From Basidiobolus meristosporus CBS 931.73 (taxonomy: Eukaryota > Fungi > Basidiobolomycota), in assembly GCA_002104905.1 (NCBI GenBank), contig MCFE01000405.1:16652-80651 (forward strand): 64,000 nt of DNA, written 5' to 3'. The translations under genes were made by a program, and so were the position numbers. Positions 23,939 through 34,819 of the stretch are shown here, piece after piece. Within the stretch, counting starts at the first letter, position 1. The number at the start of each line of letters is the position of its first letter. A model generated the notes under the pieces. It was not told the origin of the DNA, did not search any database, and worked only from the letters and a program-made list of their open reading frames with translations.

Positions 23939-25009
23939 TGTAGTGGGGTGACAGTGACACCCACTGACAGATGTGCTCATTCCCTTATTTTCTACTTCCC
24001 TATATCTCTACTACACTTATTTTAGTTTTATCCCATTTGTCTTACCCAATCAGTACTATCCCATAAGCCGGTTGACTATCACACCTGCTTACCTTATTGC
24101 ATAAGTTACCCCTCACTTTATGTAAGATTACTAGCTATATGTACTTCTATATTAGGCAAGTACCCGCGCCAGTACCCGTGACACATGATCAGCCCGTGTC
24201 ACCATCCCTACCATTTCCATACCATATATGGTATCCCCATGTTACACAGGTTTCAGAATACTGATTCCTGATTGGTTGGATGTGCTGTGCCTCTTAGAAC
24301 CTTCCGGCACCTACTTAGAACATTCTTAGGACATTCTGATGTCATTAAGATTTCTATTGATATCCGGAACCTTCTGGAACACCATGATTAGTAATCACTT
24401 AGCCAGTAAGAAAAGTATATAAGGGAGGCTATCCCTCAACAATAAACCATCATCCCTTTTATCAATATACCAACTTGTTGATTAGTGTGATCACTGCTAC
24501 CTGCTGCTACCTGAACTTCCAACCCCAGACCACAGGACACTCCCAGGAAACCGCGCTGACAGCCAACTGACCTTGGAGGCACTACTTGTGAGGAATACTC
24601 AGAGTAGGTATCTTTTATTATATTTGATTCTTTCCCAAGTTTGTTCTTGTACAGGCAAAGATACTTTTCTGTCTTTGTAACTATTGACCACAGCTGCATT
24701 CTTATCAAGTCCCTGCTGGTGGAGTTTACAGTTGTTTTGACTTTGGAAACTTTAGTACATTGTCATCTCAAAGGACGCTGAACCCAGCACATACTTTTGT
24801 TAAGACGCCAACTAAGTTGGGGATTGTAGCTCAATAGTTTTCCCTTGACAAGCTTGTGGCTTTATTCCCCTTCACATTAGATTAGAGACAGAACCCAAGT
24901 ATTCCTAGCAAGCTTTTGCCAGAGGTTATCGCACCCAGTGAACACCTCACACACAAAACACTTGAGAAGTGTTGGACGTATCTCTCCCTTAGACCTATAC
25001 ACCACCACA
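23939..25009 (+). repeat. G1 3' LTR
   Basis: Direct repeat of 17836-18906. Confidence 0.96.
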
Positions 25010-25351
25010 GCAGCACTGCTCTTGAAGAAGTGCTGCAACCTCTTGGTGTGCCCATGTATGTTCCAAAACTCCACTGAAGGCATTCTGATAACCTTTTGAG
25101 CTCTAAATGTTACTTTGTTTGTCAGTGGGATTTCCACTCTGCCAACACTGGAGGACATGGAGGCTGTGGCAGAAAGATTGCCTTTCTGTGCAAACTTTTC
25201 TACCTTACTGGAGTGTAGCTGAACCAGCTGTACTTCCAAATCTTGTGAAAACAGCAGTTTTCTTGTTGGTAATTCTTCCTGGCTATTATGGTATACATCT
25301 GTTCTGGGCTTACAGCACAAATTGACAAGAGCTACAGCTTTTCTTTTACTC

Positions 25352-26551
25352 TGTGGTAATGGAAAGTATTCCATTACTACAATATCTCTAAACCAATATT
25401 GCACTCATTTCTTTATTTTGCTTTTGCCATTGTAACACAAAAGTGAAAGATTAAGAATTTACAGCTTTGAAGTACAAATGCTCCAGACCCTGCCAAGCTA
25501 TCCACCCAAGAATATTATGTCATACAGAACATGTAGTAGTTAACACATGTTTCAAATTGCAGCTCATTTGAAGCAGTACTTAAGGAGTTATGACCAAAAG
25601 AGTCCAATTATTAGATATACTATGCCTTATTGCTAGGATTACTCTGGTGACTTTGATTGCGTGTAACTTTAGAACCAGCCAATCAGATCACATACAATTT
25701 CTACAGGTACTGCGCCTATGTCTGATCTGCGCCACTGCAAAATTTTAGCTTTGTATCATGTGTATTGATTGTGCAATTGCCCAAAAACTTTGATCCTTCA
25801 AAATTTTCATATATCTGACTTCCCCAGCGGAAAAATTAAGGGAGAGCCTCTCTTTCCAGAGTCTCCACACTACAATTACAAGCTCAAAGGTAATAAGACT
25901 TCCCCTGCATCTCTTGCACTGGTGAGTATTCTGACTTATATTGGTACTACATCAGTAAAGAGACTGCAAAGCTCACAAGACTCCAATCTAAGTACTACAT
26001 GAAACTACCACTTTTCTGTCAGAAAAGTCCCCTCTAAGAAACCCCTTTAGACACCTCTTTAGCTCTAAAGACCCCTTTAAGAAACCCCTTTACTCTAAAG
26101 AAGCCCCTTTAGGCACCCCTTTAGTGTAAAGTCCACTTTAGAGACCATTACAAGAAGCCCCTTTACTTGAAAGACACCCCTTTAGGTCTAAAGACCCCTT
26201 TAGAGACTTCTACAACACACCCATTTAGGTTAAAGGGGAGTTCAGAATTTCCTTACTAGGAAATATTTACTCAGAAAGGAAAGTGACTTCCAAGTAAGGA
26301 AAAGTTACTATAAAAGTAAATAAGCCCATTAGTTGGCAGAAGGTCAGAACACTGCTGTAGAAGTGAAAAACACTACCTAGAGTATATTTTGAGCCTAAGA
26401 TTGAGGAAATTAGTTAAAGTTGTATCTTCTATCAGTATATCAAACTCCCAATAAACTATTTCAGTATTGGCATACTGGAAGTTGTTGTATATTGTTGATC
26501 AGCCTCTACATTGTAGAACAAGCCCCAAACTAATCATAATACAACACAACA
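25352..26551 (+). repeat. Family D LTR (5' LTR of D1)
   Basis: Bounded by TGTGGT...ACAACA. Homology to 45235-46446 stops exactly at ACAACA and is followed by a PBS. Confidence 0.85.
26029..26238 (+). repeat. Array of short CCCCTTTA-type motifs inside LTR D
   Basis: Nine CCCCT plus one AGGGG within about 210 bp, in units such as AAGAAGCCCCTTTA and AAGACCCCTTTA. Confidence 0.9.
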
Positions 26552-26557
26552 AGAATT

Positions 26558-26573
26558 TGGTGGAGGACCTGGG
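26558..26573 (+). promoter_or_regulatory. D1 primer-binding site, tRNA-Ala type
   Basis: TGGTGGAGGACCTGGG lies 6 nt after the LTR. It is complementary to a tRNA end ...UCCUCCACCA, i.e. U70-C71-C72-A73, the alanine acceptor end. Confidence 0.7.
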
Positions 26574-26618
26574 TAGTTTGAACCTTTCACAATACAAGCA
26601 TCAAGAAACGTTACAAGA

Positions 26619-28381
26619 ATGGCCAATACACCAGTCCCAGAGTTAACAGCCACTTTTAAAGGTGCCATTCCAGTAAAATTCTCAGGAGAGAATGTTACTG
26701 AGTTTCTAGAAGAGTTTAACAATATAGCTGCAGCTTTTGAGCTGTCACACAAGAACAAAATCCAGTTGTTTCCCTTTCTTTGTGAAGTTGAAGTATCAAG
26801 ATTCTTACAAAGTTTGGATCCATTTAAGATATCTGTTGGTGCTAACTATAACTGGGACACTGCTCAACAAGCTATTTTAGCTGAGTACCCAAAGGAAGCA
26901 CAGTTTGTTACACTAAATGAGCTAGAAATGCCTTACAACAAGACCCAACCCTTGCAGAAGTACATTCAAAAGTTGAGTCAAAAGCAAGGCATGTTGCAAG
27001 CAGCTTTTGGAATTCCAAAATTTATCAAAGAAACAATTTTCTTATGAATATGCCTCCTGAGATACATAATGCCATTAGCCACCAAGTTCAGGCTACAAGC
27101 TCCTATGACAATGTTAAACAAATGGTGTTAAACTATCAATCAGCAAGACAAGTCATGGATTCCATTAATATTCAAATGAAGATTTCTGCTCCCGCTAAAC
27201 AAATTCTTCATTGTACAAATAACCCATAAAGTGATCAGGTTAATGAATTAATTGATGCATTAGGAAAACTGACGCTTAAGTTGGACTCTCTAAGTGTACC
27301 ATCATCAAGCATCAACAAGGCAAGACCAGAAAATCCCAAAACAACCAGTAATTATCCACAGCAAACCAAATGTTGTGTGTACTGTGAATCTGCCAAGCAT
27401 AGCGGTTATGGTTGTCAAGTATTGAATATTGATATTGACAGTCATAAGGTGATGATTGATTGTTGTGGGAAGATCTGTGATATTGCTGGAAACCCCTTGC
27501 CTATCAACAGAGGTTATGGTGGAATGAGGTCCTATGTACATGCTCAAGAAGAATCAAGTAAAAGCACCCATATATCAAGTTTCATACAAATCCAAAAGAC
27601 TGCAGAAATTCCAAGCAATGAACATTATGTACTCACATTATCAGATCCATCAGGGCAGGTCCAAGAATATCTAATGGAAAAAGAGGAAGTTGAAGAGTTT
27701 AACTGCCTTATTGATAAGAGAAAGTATGTTTCTACAGAGAAGAATCCTAAAAAATTGTGTACCAACAACAGAAATCAGCCAATTGTTGAAGTACCAGTAC
27801 AGCCAGAAACATCAAAAATCCAAAAAGAACACTTGCAATCTCAATCTAAGTATGACACTACTGCAATTACACAGAAAGTTATTGACAAATTCTGGAAATC
27901 TCCATTTCCACAACTTACAAATCAAGAAATGTTTACCGCCATCAACAATCTCAGTCAACTACTGCCAGAAATGGCTGAGCCTATGAACAAAGATATCCTG
28001 AAAAATTATCAAGAACAGTCATCAACAACGTTACCAAGTGAACAACTACAATTTGAAGTGGAAAAAGCCTTTTACTCTATTACAACAGGAAGCTATGCTC
28101 CTACAATCAACAATGTTGAAGTGGCATGTGTTTTTGATTCTGGATCTGATATCAATGCTATCACTTCTATGACTTTTGAAAAAATCAAATTGCCATTGAC
28201 AGAAGTTGACTGGAATATGAGAACTGCTACATGTGCAACAGAGAAGATGCTTGGACTTTGTCACTCTGTACCAATTGAAATTGGAGGAATCAGGGTTACT
28301 TCTCCCTTTTTCATTGTTGCCAATGGACCCACTTTTGAGGTATTGTGGGGACAACCATATGAGAGAAAATCTCTTCTATAA
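26619..28381 (+). pseudogene. gag: D1 gag-protease pseudogene
   Basis: ORFs 26619-27047, 27044-27229 and 27281-28381 are joined by one frameshift and one in-frame stop. KFSGENVTEFLEEF is a gag start motif. Confidence 0.85.
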
Positions 28382-30743
28382 GCTGATCATAGACCTGATG
28401 GAAGCTTATGGCTGACAATCACATCTGACAATTGAAAAAGAAGGGCAACCTTTTGTGCAGCAGAAGAGAATAATCCAAGAAATGCACACTCCATTCCTGT
28501 ACAAAACATACAGGTTCATAATGGTATTTTGCTTTATGATCAACACTTCATTCCATCAAAAACAAGTAAGACAAATGCCATGTATAAGCCAGTTTCATTG
28601 AAAGCAAAGCCAGTATCTACTGGAATCTCACCATCTGCCCACAACAATCCTCAAATGGAGCAGCTATGAAGACCTGTTCCATGCCCATCATTTCACAAAA
28701 ATGGGCCACAGTGTTGGTTAGGAAGGAACCACAATTGTTGGACAGGAGAATCTGAGGATATCTGTGCCAGCAGATGATGTGTTTTAAAATGAATTGGGCA
28801 GTTGTCTTCTGATCTTTTGTTTGGATGGGTTGGGCTTCTCCCCACTGTGAGAAACAATTGGTAGCAATTAGTATGTACTGTCCTCCTTTCTTTGCTTTCA
28901 TAAAGGGGCCAACAAAGTCAACCCCAGCCTGGTGGAAGGGTAAGTCCACCAGAATTGGTGCTGTTGTCCCTATCTTCTAACTCTGGTTACATTTTTGGCA
29001 GGTGGAGCATCATTGTGACATATTTATGATGTTGGTCATCATTTTTTTCCAACAAAACATCTTTCTCAACATCTTATATGTTGTTAGGGGGTTATTGTGT
29101 CCTAATGACATATGTCTTTCTTGTATGATTTCTTTGCAGGCAGTTAAAAGGGGTATCTTGACTTTGAGCTGTCCTTGGAGTAACCATAATTGATTTTTTG
29201 TACATTGTACCAACACCATTACCTTCAAAGTCCCTCCTCTGCTTGTTTGTAACAATGTGTTTGGGGTACTTCCCCCTTCTTTTAAAGCAGATTACCTCCT
29301 TGTTGTCATTGCTAACATGTACTTAGCAAGCATGCTAGCAACTGAGGAAGTTTGCATCCTGGTGTTTCTAGACAATGCAATGAATTACTTTGAAGTTGCA
29401 TTCTTGTAGTTGGAGGGCCTAACATGCTAGTCAACCAGTAAAGTCTTTAGTTTTCATGAGCCAGATCAGTGTGCTGTGGTCCATTACTATTGTGAATTGG
29501 CAACCATGTATGCATGTATTGAATTGTTTAATTGAATAAACAACAGCCAGACATTCTATATTGGTAACAGGGTAGTGACATTTGTGTTTGTTTAGCAAAT
29601 GGCTCATGTAATTGATTGGGTGGAATTTGCCGGGTTAGTGGTATTGTCCCAGTATGGCACCTATACTGGTGAGACTTGCATTACAGTTAATAAAAAATCT
29701 CACATTCCAATTGGAATAACATCTCACTGATGGTGATGTCAGGGAATTGTTCAGCTGATGAAATGCTCTCCTTTGAGGCTCTAATGATGCAAAACACTGG
29801 CCTTTTTGTGTCAATTTGTACAAGGGGGCTGCTATCATTGCAAGTTTTTGACAAAGCAGCAATAGTAGCAGGCTTGTCACAGGAGTTCCAACATTGCACT
29901 GAAATCCTTTGGTGTGGGTGTAGATTGAACAGCTTTTAGGAGTGAAGTAGATGGTATATCCCATCTGCTGAGACTGAGTGGCCCAGGAACAACAATCTTA
30001 CATACAAGAAATGTCACTTCTTGGGATGTAGTGTGAGTTGGTTCTCAAGGATGGTTGTCTGGATATGTTGCACATTTTGTATATGTTCTTCTACATTGAG
30101 GGAATATATTGTGATGTTGTCCAGATACACAAGAGTGCATTCCCATCATAAATTTCCTAGCACATTGTCAATCATCCTTTAGAACATAGTGGGAGCATTG
30201 CCCAAGCCAAAGGGTAGTTTGTTCCATTTTTATAATTCAAACAATGTTATAAAAGCAGTTTTGGGTCAATCTTCTGGGGCTACTTCTTCTTGCCAATACC
30301 TGGAGATTAACTTGAGAGAGCTAAAATACTTAGCTCCAACTAATCTGTCCAAGAGGTTGCCTATTTGCGGTTGTGGATACACGTCCTTCTGGGTGACAGC
30401 GTTCAATTTTTGGTAGTTGATGCAGAAGTGTAGATTTCTGTCTTTCTTTGGGACTATCACTACAGGGGAGGCCCACAGAGAATGGCTTACCGTACTGCTG
30501 TTATCCTTTAATAAAGTTTCATTGTCTCTTTGATATAATCCATGTCAACTTTTGAGTTCCTATGGGCTTTTTGCATCATGGAGTATTTGTTGGCAAGGTG
30601 GATTTGGTGATATACCCCAGGTATATGGCAAATTACGTGGTTCTTAGAGAATACTTGGGCAAGCAGGCATATTCCTTCTGGAGACTTGTCTTGTAGTGTA
30701 GGTGGTAGACTGGGGTCCACATCCACATCATGCATCATCATCA

Positions 30744-30920
30744 CCCAATAAGATCCTACCTAATATATCTATTTCTGTCTGATACAGATCTGCTGATTCA
30801 TTTGCTGACTAATGTTACTGATTTGATAGGTAATACTGATATACGGATAACCTAAGCAAATAACTAATTGATTTGACTAAATGCTGATCTAACTTAAACA
30901 TTCAAGCGCAGATCATAACA
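30744..30920 (-). repeat. 5' fragment of LTR family E
   Basis: Reverse complement of the first ~180 bp of 34424-34810 and 52081-52440 (TGTTATGATC...CTTGAATGTTTAAG...CTTATTGGGTGATGATGATGCA). Confidence 0.8.
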
Positions 30921-31056
30921 CTTATTTTGTGTTACAGCTGTATTACTTCTATAAAGGTATAATAACTGAGCGTCTTTATTAGTAAACAACAGTTCAACTA
31001 TTATCACTATTTCTTGATAAGTTCCTTATATCCAAATCACTTCTTGAATTGCAGCA
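30921..31056 (+). repeat. 3' fragment of copia B-family LTR
   Basis: Near-identical to the last ~135 bp of LTR B (CAGCTGTATTACTTC...ATCCAAATCACTTCTT..ATTGCA.CA). Confidence 0.88.
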
Positions 31057-32570
31057 TCTTCTGGTTGCTTGTTTGTAGGTAGTCCTTGGTTGTTTCTGTT
31101 GACTTTGTCTAGGTTTAACAATGGCACTCCTCTAGGCAATGTCACCATGTGTTGCCCAATGTTGACCACTGGGTACTTCAGACTTTGCATTTCCAACTTT
31201 GGCAGTATCCATACTTTAGGAATTGAGCTTCCTTCCAGTTGCTTGGATACCTTTGTTGCGTTTATCATTCTTCTACTTGTCAAATAAGCTATTGGTTTCT
31301 CTAATGGGATCACCATCTCATTGGCTGGTAGTATTTTATCACCTTTTGTATGATGATTAGAGACTGCAACCGTTTCACCTCTTCAATTGTCACACTGTTG
31401 CTGCTTGCCTCACTCTCATTGGTGATATGAATTAGTGGGATACTCTTGGTGTCCAACCTAAGTTCAAATGCACTGTAGAGTATGTCCATTTTATGCTGGA
31501 AAACCACTCTCACCAATGAGTAAGTTTTTGGCTTCAATGGGAAGGACCACAACACCTTGGTGTATAATCAAGTTGCTTAGCTGGATGGGGCAATTAGGCA
31601 CCATGCCTACTGTTGTGTCCAGTTGGTCATTTGCTAGCCATACTCAAATGGTGTTGCTGGGGACTATATCTAGCTTTAGACATTTTGCTAACAGCTCTGA
31701 CATGATCAATGTGGAGGATCCTGTGTTGATAGGGGTGCAAATCTTCTTATTCTCTTTATGTTCATTTACATATGTACCCCTATTTGGTTCTAGTAGGACC
31801 ATCTGGTTGACATGAGGGCTTGTTATCTCCTTCAATCCCTCTATCAGTTCCTCAACTAGAGCTGGGGCAAGTCCCAGTAAATTGGTCATTGAGAGGGTCA
31901 CCTTGGTTTGCTCTAGTACCTTCATTATGGGGAATAGGCTGTGGGAAGACATACTAGTGTTCTTTATTTGCTTCAACACTTCTTCCTAAGGCTCATTCTG
32001 TACTTCTTCACCTAATTCCACATTCTTTCCTTTTGACAGAACCTCCACTATTGGTTCCTTTGCCTCCTCTCTAGAAGCAACAAGTCCATGCTTATTCTTC
32101 CGCACTTTGACTGTCCTGACTGAAGGGCTTGGATTGACTGAGTCCAGTTGGCCTCCTGGCAAGGGACTCTGTCTTTTGAAGCCTTCTCCTCATTTGTGAC
32201 CAGTACAGGTTCTTGTCTGTACAGCTTTTCACATTTGTGGGCCTGGTGGCCTACTTCTCCACATACATAATATGGATACTGTCATTGTGGACATTCCATC
32301 TGTTGGGTCAGGGCCTGCACCTGGGCCTTTAGATCAACAACAGCTTCCCAAATTTTTTAACACCTTCTTTAGGGACTTCTTGCACCTTTTGCCATAAGTT
32401 CTCCAACTCACAGTCTTTTGGGGAGGCAATTTTTCCTTGGTTACAGGGGATTCCTGTCCTTTGATACACATGTAGCACTGTAGGATAGCCCCCAAAGCAA
32501 GATGACCCCTTGTACATGTTTGACCAGCTCTTGCAATGCTTTATATCCTTTTGTTCTTTGGATGCCCTAC

Positions 32571-32919
32571 TGTTGAAAAATTAGAGAGATATATTGGAAA
32601 TGAATTGGAGAATTAGAAGATTTACATTATATTCACTTGTTGTTTTATTGAGTTGCAGCACAGTTTTTATACTTGTTGCAGAACTACATAAATGTAACTA
32701 TTTGATAACTGTTAGGGGAGTCTCAGGAGTACATGTGCCAAGTTTAGGCTGATTTGGACAAGTTTCAGATTTTCCTAAAGTTCTGTACTTCTGTAATTCC
32801 TAATGATTAGTAAATATCTTACAAACAAATTTCTAAGTTGATAATCTGAAAGACATCGTTTCACTAAGTGCTAGTTCATAATATATTAATAATTAGGTGC
32901 ACTCCTAACTATTTCAACA
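32571..32919 (-). repeat. Solo LTR, family C (copia A-related), inserted in G4 gag
   Basis: 349 bp, bounded by TGTTG...CAACA, with TSD CCTAC/CCTAT. Shares blocks with the A LTRs. Confidence 0.88.
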
Positions 32920-33719
32920 CCTATGTCTTATTTTGTCATCTCAGCCCATGATGTAATACTTCATGAGCTGTTGTTTAGCAATATGTCCTTTGGGAGATAT
33001 TAAACTTGTTGGAGAAGCAGTTCAGTGCAGGTTTTCATAGCTCTCACTGCTTTTCTTCTACAAGGTCAGTAGAAGGGCTTTGTAGTAGTATCCTTTGGCA
33101 TATATGAAGCGTGTCTTGTTAGTGCATCCCAGTTGTCTTTAACCACAACTTCCAACCCATAATGTCATTGCCATGCTGACCCTTCCATATGTCTTGCAAA
33201 CTTCCTTGCTTTCTTATTATTGTCTCATCCTGCATTAACCGCAACTCTCTCAAACTTATCAAGCCACTCAAGGGCTTTCTCTCTCTTTCCCTTGTATGTT
33301 TTTAGTTTGATTGTAGTAGTCATTACCTCTCTTATGCCCATTTCTGCAGAGATGGCACCAAATATGTGGGTTATTACTGACTGTACATGGTGAGTGGGAG
33401 AGCTTGTAGGTCAAGTCAGTATCACTCAGTTTTGAGTAGCCTCCACAGAAGGTGGCAAGGTAATAAAGACTTGTATTTATTCCATCCAAATCTTGTTGTT
33501 CTCTCACTTAGTTCTATTGGATATATAAATACCACTTGGAGGGGCTTAGATAATACACAGTGCTTTATAAATAAGGGTGTGAACACCTTCCTGTTATGGT
33601 AAGTGCTCTAACTAGATAAGGGCAGGAATAGGAGGGAGGACACATAGGGGAATCATAGGCAGGATACTGGATGACCTTGGGTAGGACTCTGGGGAGAAAT
33701 CTTGGGCAAAGAGTTGGTA

Positions 33720-34423
33720 CAACATTTAGTATTCACACAGTGCGCCACCACATGTCAGTCCAAACTATGCCAACACCCTTTACAAGAGCACCCTGCAATA
33801 CGTCAATGTTCATTGGGTCTATATGCACACTTCAGAGCAAAATCACCAGAACTTGCCAAACTGCTCATTTAGACAGGAGTCTAATGGAGCAGGCCAAGTT
33901 GCATCAACATGCAGCATCACATCAAACTCAGCCAAGGGCTATGCCAATGCATCAAGTTGTGCCTGGATATGCTGTTACTTCTGACCATTAGCAAGTTACT
34001 TCCAGTGAACTGACTGTTGATGACCCACACAAAGCACCTCCACCACTGGAGCCTTTAGCAAGTAAAAGAACACATCAGTGTGTAGCACTGAAGGCTGGTC
34101 CAGTAGAGTCATCTGGAGCAATTATGCATGGCTAAGCTGCAGCATTACACTTATCAACCAGGAGGCAAAATACTGACTACAAATACACAAGTAGCCAAGA
34201 AGATAGTCAACAAGGAAGTGGTTTAGGTGTGCCAAGTGAATCACTACCAAATGCTTCAGTAGTGATCCCTGCAATAAAAAACCTAGGACAAGATGATGCA
34301 ATTGCATTGAGTTGCTATAATTTTTTATGATCTAAGTAACACATGTTTTCTTGCAATCTGAATCCACAGCACTAAGTATCAATCTTCTCTAATGTGTCAA
34401 AAGGAGACTCAGTATTGGCAATG
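33720..34423 (+). repeat. Segment Y copy 1 (P/S/T-rich ORF remnant plus flank), associated with family X
   Basis: Reverse-complement homology to 55520-56560 and 50140-50740. Confidence 0.7.
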
Positions 34424-34810
34424 TGTTATGATCTACCACTTGAATGTTTAAGTTAGACCAGTTTTTAGTTAAATTAATTGGTTATATGCTTAGCTTACCA
34501 GTAGATCAGTATTATCTATCAAATTGGTAGCATTAGTCAGCCAATAAATCAGCAGACCCTTATCAGACAGAAATAAATATAGTAAGTAGGATCTTATTGG
34601 GTGATGATGATGCAATTAAATAAGTCATCAGACACCAGCTATATCAGGAAATACAATTAGTCAGCAATTAATCTGGCAAAATGTATATCAGGAGCTGCTG
34701 GAACCTCAATAAAAATCAGTTCTAGTTTTAGTGAATACAATACTAGCTAAGCTCCCTATTCCTCTACAACTCTTATGCCAAGACTAGTAGCAACTTCTCT
34801 AGTCACAACA
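34424..34810 (+). repeat. LTR family E copy (LTR of gypsy family H)
   Basis: Bounded by TGTTAT...CACAACA; collinear with the LTR following the H1 integrase at 52081. No matching TSD. Confidence 0.8.
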
Positions 34811-34819
34811 TTACATCAT

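Larger units (their letters stand above)
17836..25009 (+). mobile_element. Ty3/gypsy LTR retrotransposon G1, full length, young
   Basis: Two 1071-bp LTRs with about 10 differences by eye, a PBS and a PPT. Order is gag, protease, RT, RNase H, integrase. Flanks GCGC / GCAGC form a TSD with a 1-nt indel. Confidence 0.97.
17195..25351 (-). mobile_element. Family X copy X2 (17195-17835 plus 25010-25351) inserted in X1 and interrupted by G1
   Basis: Begins with the shared terminus CCCCTATGAAAAG. Minus-strand coding remnants (RLQHFFKSS / ENPLEYCKDLLQRPADEVLDL) join across G1 and match 53176-53394. Confidence 0.7.
25352..28650 (+). mobile_element. Ty3/gypsy element D1, 3'-truncated after protease
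   Basis: 1.2-kb LTR, PBS, gag, zinc knuckle CVYCESAKHSGYGC, protease VFDSGSD and the linker DGSLWLTI...MYKPVSLKAKPV. The sequence then switches to minus-strand G4 integrase. Confidence 0.85.
28650..33300 (-). mobile_element. Decayed Ty3/gypsy element G4 (gag to integrase core), interrupted by LTR insertions
   Basis: Minus-strand remnants: gag WLDKFERVAVNAG*DNNKK (about 33250), protease INTGSS (31644-31979), RT IVPKKDRNLHFCINYQKLN, RNase H CNASLTSIGAILGQ and integrase GVDFVGPF. Ends not found. Confidence 0.85.

Noticed and set aside
24877-25404. 175-aa minus-strand ORF as a gene
   Set aside because: It is a chimera crossing LTR D, family X second-ORF sequence and the G1 3' LTR.
26029-26238. 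CCCCTTTAG array as telomeric repeat or CRISPR-like array
   Set aside because: Units are irregular, do not match TTAGGG/TTTAGGG phasing, lack constant repeat-spacer structure, and lie inside an LTR.
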